From an uncultured Pseudomonadales bacterium (lineage in GTDB: Bacteria > Patescibacteriota > Microgenomatia > UBA1400 > CG1-02-47-37): 64,000 nucleotides of DNA. The stretch is taken from positions 25,893 through 89,892 of the forward strand of contig CAZVYS010000001.1 of the NCBI GenBank assembly GCA_964630755.1, in the 5' to 3' direction. Made by a program: the position numbers and the translations under genes. The stretch's first letter is position 1. Every line of letters starts with the position of its first letter. Below are positions 61,399-64,000 of the stretch, one piece after another. The notes below the pieces were generated by a model, which was not told the DNA's origin, made no database searches, and saw only the letters and a program-made list of their open reading frames with translations.

Positions 61399-61596
61399 TT
61401 AAGGTTTAGCCTTGCTTATCAAAGTCTTAATAAGAGCAATCTTGTAACGAGCTTTTTTAAGTTTACTAGTATCTTTAAGTTTATTGACTTTTAAGTCTAG
61501 TCTTAGCTTATTTTGATCTAAAATAGCTTGAGCTAGATCTTTTTTTAACTCAGTGGTGGATTTTCCTATTAGGATTTTTTTATCTTTTAATTTCAT
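61399..61596 (-). CDS. rpmC: 50S ribosomal protein L29
   Basis: A 65-aa helical protein in the operon slot between L16 and S17. Confidence 0.8.
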   Translation of the reverse strand: MKLKDKKILIGKSTTELKKDLAQAILDQNKLRLDLKVNKLKDTSKLKKARYKIALIKTLISKAKP

Positions 61597-61598
61597 AG

Positions 61599-62006
61599 TT
61601 AACGTCTTTTTGAAAATTTAACTTTAAAGCCAAATTTTTGACCGGCTCGACGAAAAGCCTCTTTAGCTATATCTTTTTGGACTCCTGCTAGTTCAAAAAT
61701 GACTCGACCGGGTTTAACCACACAAACATAGCCTTCGACTTCGCCTTTGCCCCCTCCCATTCGGACACCGGCTCCTTTTTTGGTATAAGTTTTGTCTGGG
61801 AAAACCCTGATCCAGAGCTTACCAGTTCTTTTGGTGTAATGGGTAATGGCTTTTCTGGCAGCTTCGATTTGACGAGCTGATAACCAACCACGGCCAACGG
61901 CCTTAAGGCCAAAATCTCCAAAAGAAACTTTTGAACCAGCGGTGGCTATACCCCTCATAGTGCCTCTAAAATGCTTTCTATATTTTTGACGTTTTGGTTG
62001 CAACAT
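61599..62006 (-). CDS. rplP: 50S ribosomal protein L16
   Basis: [15 protein letters not shown] start. Confidence 0.9.
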   Translation of the reverse strand: MLQPKRQKYRKHFRGTMRGIATAGSKVSFGDFGLKAVGRGWLSARQIEAARKAITHYTKRTGKLWIRVFPDKTYTKKGAGVRMGGGKGEVEGYVCVVKPGRVIFELAGVQKDIAKEAFRRAGQKFGFKVKFSKRR

Positions 62007-62007
62007 A

Positions 62008-62664
62008 TTACTTTAATTCTTTTTCTCCTTTGTAAATCCAGATTTTAATACCAACGTAGCCAAATTTAGTTAAAGCTGGTGACTCAAAATAATCTATATC
62101 TGATCTGATGGTGCTTAAAGGAACACTGCCCTTTGAGTATTTTTCGGTTCTTGAGATTTCAGCTCCGTTAATGCGGCCGGCAAGAACAATCTTAACTCCT
62201 TTGGCGCCAGCGTTCATAATTCTTTCTAGTGCTTGACTGACTGCTCGACGATGAGGATAACGCTTGATTAGCTGGTCAGCGATTCTAAGGCCAACCAACC
62301 TAGCTGAAAGGTCAGGTTTTTTTACTTCGACTACGCTTAGTTCAAATTTTGGTGGTTTTCCAGACTTAGGATCTTTAACTAGTTTTTGACTAATAAGTTT
62401 TTTTAGCTCTTCTAATCCAGAACCGCCTCGACCAATGACCACACCTGGTCTGGAGACATGTAAAGTAATGGTAATATTATTGATTGATCGATCTATTTGA
62501 ACTTGAGTAATACCGGCTAGTTGTAACTTATCAAATAAAAATTCTCGAAGCTTAATGTCTTCTAGCAACAAGTGTTTGTAATCCTGAGAGTTAGCAAACC
62601 AGTTGCTTGACCAGGAATACAAGCTGCCGATACGAAATCCTTTTGGATTAACTTTTTGTCCCAT
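62008..62664 (-). CDS. rpsC: 30S ribosomal protein S3 (the track ORF extends to 62793 through the L22 overlap)
   Basis: [13 protein letters not shown] start plus KH and S3-C domains. The likely true start is the ATG at 62664. Confidence 0.85.
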   Translation of the reverse strand: MGQKVNPKGFRIGSLYSWSSNWFANSQDYKHLLLEDIKLREFLFDKLQLAGITQVQIDRSINNITITLHVSRPGVVIGRGGSGLEELKKLISQKLVKDPKSGKPPKFELSVVEVKKPDLSARLVGLRIADQLIKRYPHRRAVSQALERIMNAGAKGVKIVLAGRINGAEISRTEKYSKGSVPLSTIRSDIDYFESPALTKFGYVGIKIWIYKGEKELK

Positions 62665-62665
62665 A

Positions 62666-63127
62666 TTAAGTTTTGTTAAGATTACGAACTTTTTTGGGAG
62701 TTCGCAACCTTGCGTTATTTTTAGTTTTCTTGATTGGTTTTTTTGATGTAGTTTTTGTTGATTTTGGTTTTTTAGTTTTCGGTTTTTTAGCAAGCTTAGA
62801 CTTTAAAATGATTTTAATATGGCTGGTTCGTTTTAAAATAGAGTGAGCTCGACCGCGAGAAACTGGCCTAAAACGCTTATAAGTAGCGCCTTCGTTAACT
62901 TCAATTGATTGAATTAGAAGCGAATCTTTTGATAAATTGTGATTATTGACTGCATTAGCTTGAGCTTGCTTTAGGGTTTTAAGCATTGCAGTAGCGGCTC
63001 GCTTTCTAAGATGAGTTAGGGTAATAATGGCTTCTGGAACAGACATTTGGCGGACTAAATCGGCCACCAGTCTAATTTTCCTGGGGCTAGTGCGGATGTA
63101 TTTTCGCTCAGCTTTAATTTGTTTCAT
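62666..63127 (-). CDS. rplV: 50S ribosomal protein L22 with a Lys-rich C-terminal extension
   Basis: L22 core (AERKYIRTSPRKIRLVADLVR) plus a basic tail. Confidence 0.85.
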   Translation of the reverse strand: MKQIKAERKYIRTSPRKIRLVADLVRQMSVPEAIITLTHLRKRAATAMLKTLKQAQANAVNNHNLSKDSLLIQSIEVNEGATYKRFRPVSRGRAHSILKRTSHIKIILKSKLAKKPKTKKPKSTKTTSKKPIKKTKNNARLRTPKKVRNLNKT

Positions 63128-63174
63128 ATTAGATTGAGCAGGTCCGACGTCACGTCGGACAACTGCCGCTATAT

Positions 63175-63459
63175 TTAGGTTTTTGTAATTGTCCTTTTAA
63201 CCATTTTGCCATGTCCTTTAAAGGTTCTAGTTGGAGCAAATTCTCCTAAGCGATGCCCAACCATGGCTTCGTTAACAAAAACCTCGATAAATTTTTTGCC
63301 ATTATGAACTTCAAAGGTGTGACCAACAAACTCAGGAGCAATTTGGCTAGCTCTTGACCAAGTTTTGATTGGTTGTTTTTTACCAGTGACTTTAAGTTTG
63401 TCGATTTTCTTTAACAATCTTTCGTCAACAAATGGTCCTTTTTTACTACTTCTACTCAT
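63175..63459 (-). CDS. rpsS: 30S ribosomal protein S19
   Basis: [19 protein letters not shown] start. Confidence 0.9.
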   Translation of the reverse strand: MSRSSKKGPFVDERLLKKIDKLKVTGKKQPIKTWSRASQIAPEFVGHTFEVHNGKKFIEVFVNEAMVGHRLGEFAPTRTFKGHGKMVKRTITKT

Positions 63460-63460
63460 A

Positions 63461-64000
63461 TTATTTCTTTCTTCTATCCTTGAGGATAAATTTAGTAGAA
63501 TATTTTTTTGGTTTTCTGGTCTTTTTACCCAAGGTTTTTTTACCCCAAGGGCTTAAAGGAGAAGGCATGCCAATTCCAGATCGACCTTCACCACCACCGT
63601 GGGGGTGAGCACCTGGATGCTGTGCAACGCCTCGAACAGACGGCCTGAAGCCTAAATGACGCTTTCGGCCGGCTTTACCAAGCTTGATGTTTTTGACATC
63701 TGGGTTGCCGACCTCGCCAATGGTAGCATAACACTCTAGAGAAACCAAACGGATTTCATTAGAAGGTAGTTTAACAGTGGCTTTTTTTTCTTTGGCCTGA
63801 AGAATGGCGGCAGTACCAGCACTGCGCACCAACTGTCCACCTTTACCAGGAGTAAGCTCGAGATTGTGAATCAAGCTACCTACAGGAATAGATTTTAATG
63901 GAAGGGCGTTTCCTGGTTTGATAGGAGCTTTACTTGAAGCCAAAATTGGTTGATTTAATTTTAAACCTTTTGGAGCCAATATGTATCTTTTATCTCCATC
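63461..64000 (-). CDS. rplB: 50S ribosomal protein L2 (C-terminal part; the 5' end lies beyond the window)
   Basis: ...[20 protein letters not shown]... is the conserved L2 C-terminal domain. No start codon within the window. Confidence 0.85.
   Translation of the reverse strand, partial: DGDKRYILAPKGLKLNQPILASSKAPIKPGNALPLKSIPVGSLIHNLELTPGKGGQLVRSAGTAAILQAKEKKATVKLPSNEIRLVSLECYATIGEVGNPDVKNIKLGKAGRKRHLGFRPSVRGVAQHPGAHPHGGGEGRSGIGMPSPLSPWGKKTLGKKTRKPKKYSTKFILKDRRKK

Noticed and set aside
62665-62793. A 43-aa N-terminal extension of S3 overlapping L22
   Set aside because: It overlaps the conserved L22 C-terminus in another frame. [13 protein letters not shown] is the canonical S3 start.
1-64000. 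Prophage, integrase, transposase or CRISPR-Cas content
   Set aside because: No integrase, transposase, capsid, terminase or cas-like ORF was recognised, and no regular direct-repeat array was seen. The toxin-antitoxin pair and the DUF3800 and Cas4-like genes are isolated.

Overview
This window reads as a low-GC, gene-dense piece of a small bacterial genome. The profile fits the Candidate Phyla Radiation (Patescibacteria): a ribosomal protein operon with no L30 gene between S5 and L15, short intergenic regions, and many secreted cell-wall enzymes.

Most of the window is housekeeping. Nucleotide, cofactor and tRNA-modification genes include thyA-folA, thiI, truB, miaA-miaB, dus, cca, rdgB, map, adk and ogt. 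Translation and secretion genes include gltX, an aspS fusion, secD and secF. DNA and RNA metabolism is represented by recJ, recA-recX and rny, with hup alongside. The region 50.1-64.0 kb (minus strand) is a nearly complete S10/spc/alpha ribosomal operon running from rplB (partial at the window edge) through secY, adk, map, infA, rpmJ, rpoA and rplM to rpsI.

Three RNA genes are supported: an RNase P RNA (rnpB, about 33374-33758, + strand), a tRNA-Pro(GGG) and a probable tRNA-Gln(CUG).

The most unusual signal is a dispersed family of roughly 23-27 nt palindromic elements of the form CCTTCARGG-N5-CCTWAAGG, often with a GGAGWCTCC core. Several copies sit in-frame inside conserved housekeeping genes (a methyltransferase, truB, recJ, cca, miaA). 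Others lie at gene 3' ends (recJ stop, ogt) or at the secD/secF junction, where they extend SecD. Because the element is palindromic, three different proteins acquire the same L-Q-G-[DS]-S-L-K-V peptide. This resembles the in-frame Rickettsia palindromic elements; I have not seen it described for CPR.

Other points worth a second look:
- an AspRS fused to a C-terminal YbaK/ProX-like editing domain;
- a terminator-capped + strand leader or small RNA, with a possible antiterminator, in front of a tiny Gly/Pro/Asp-rich ORF, and divergent promoters that share one hexamer;
- an ABC-2 transporter built as permease pair, ATPase, permease pair;
- a HigB(Gp49)/XRE toxin-antitoxin pair with an intragenic 18-bp perfect palindrome;
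- a Cas4-like nuclease overlapping ogt;
- a cluster of a retropepsin-like protease, a TIG-domain protein and a C39 peptidase;
- peculiarities of the ribosomal operon: an extra P-loop kinase between adk and map, a Cys4 L24, and a histone-like tail on L15.

No CRISPR array, integrase or obvious prophage was seen.
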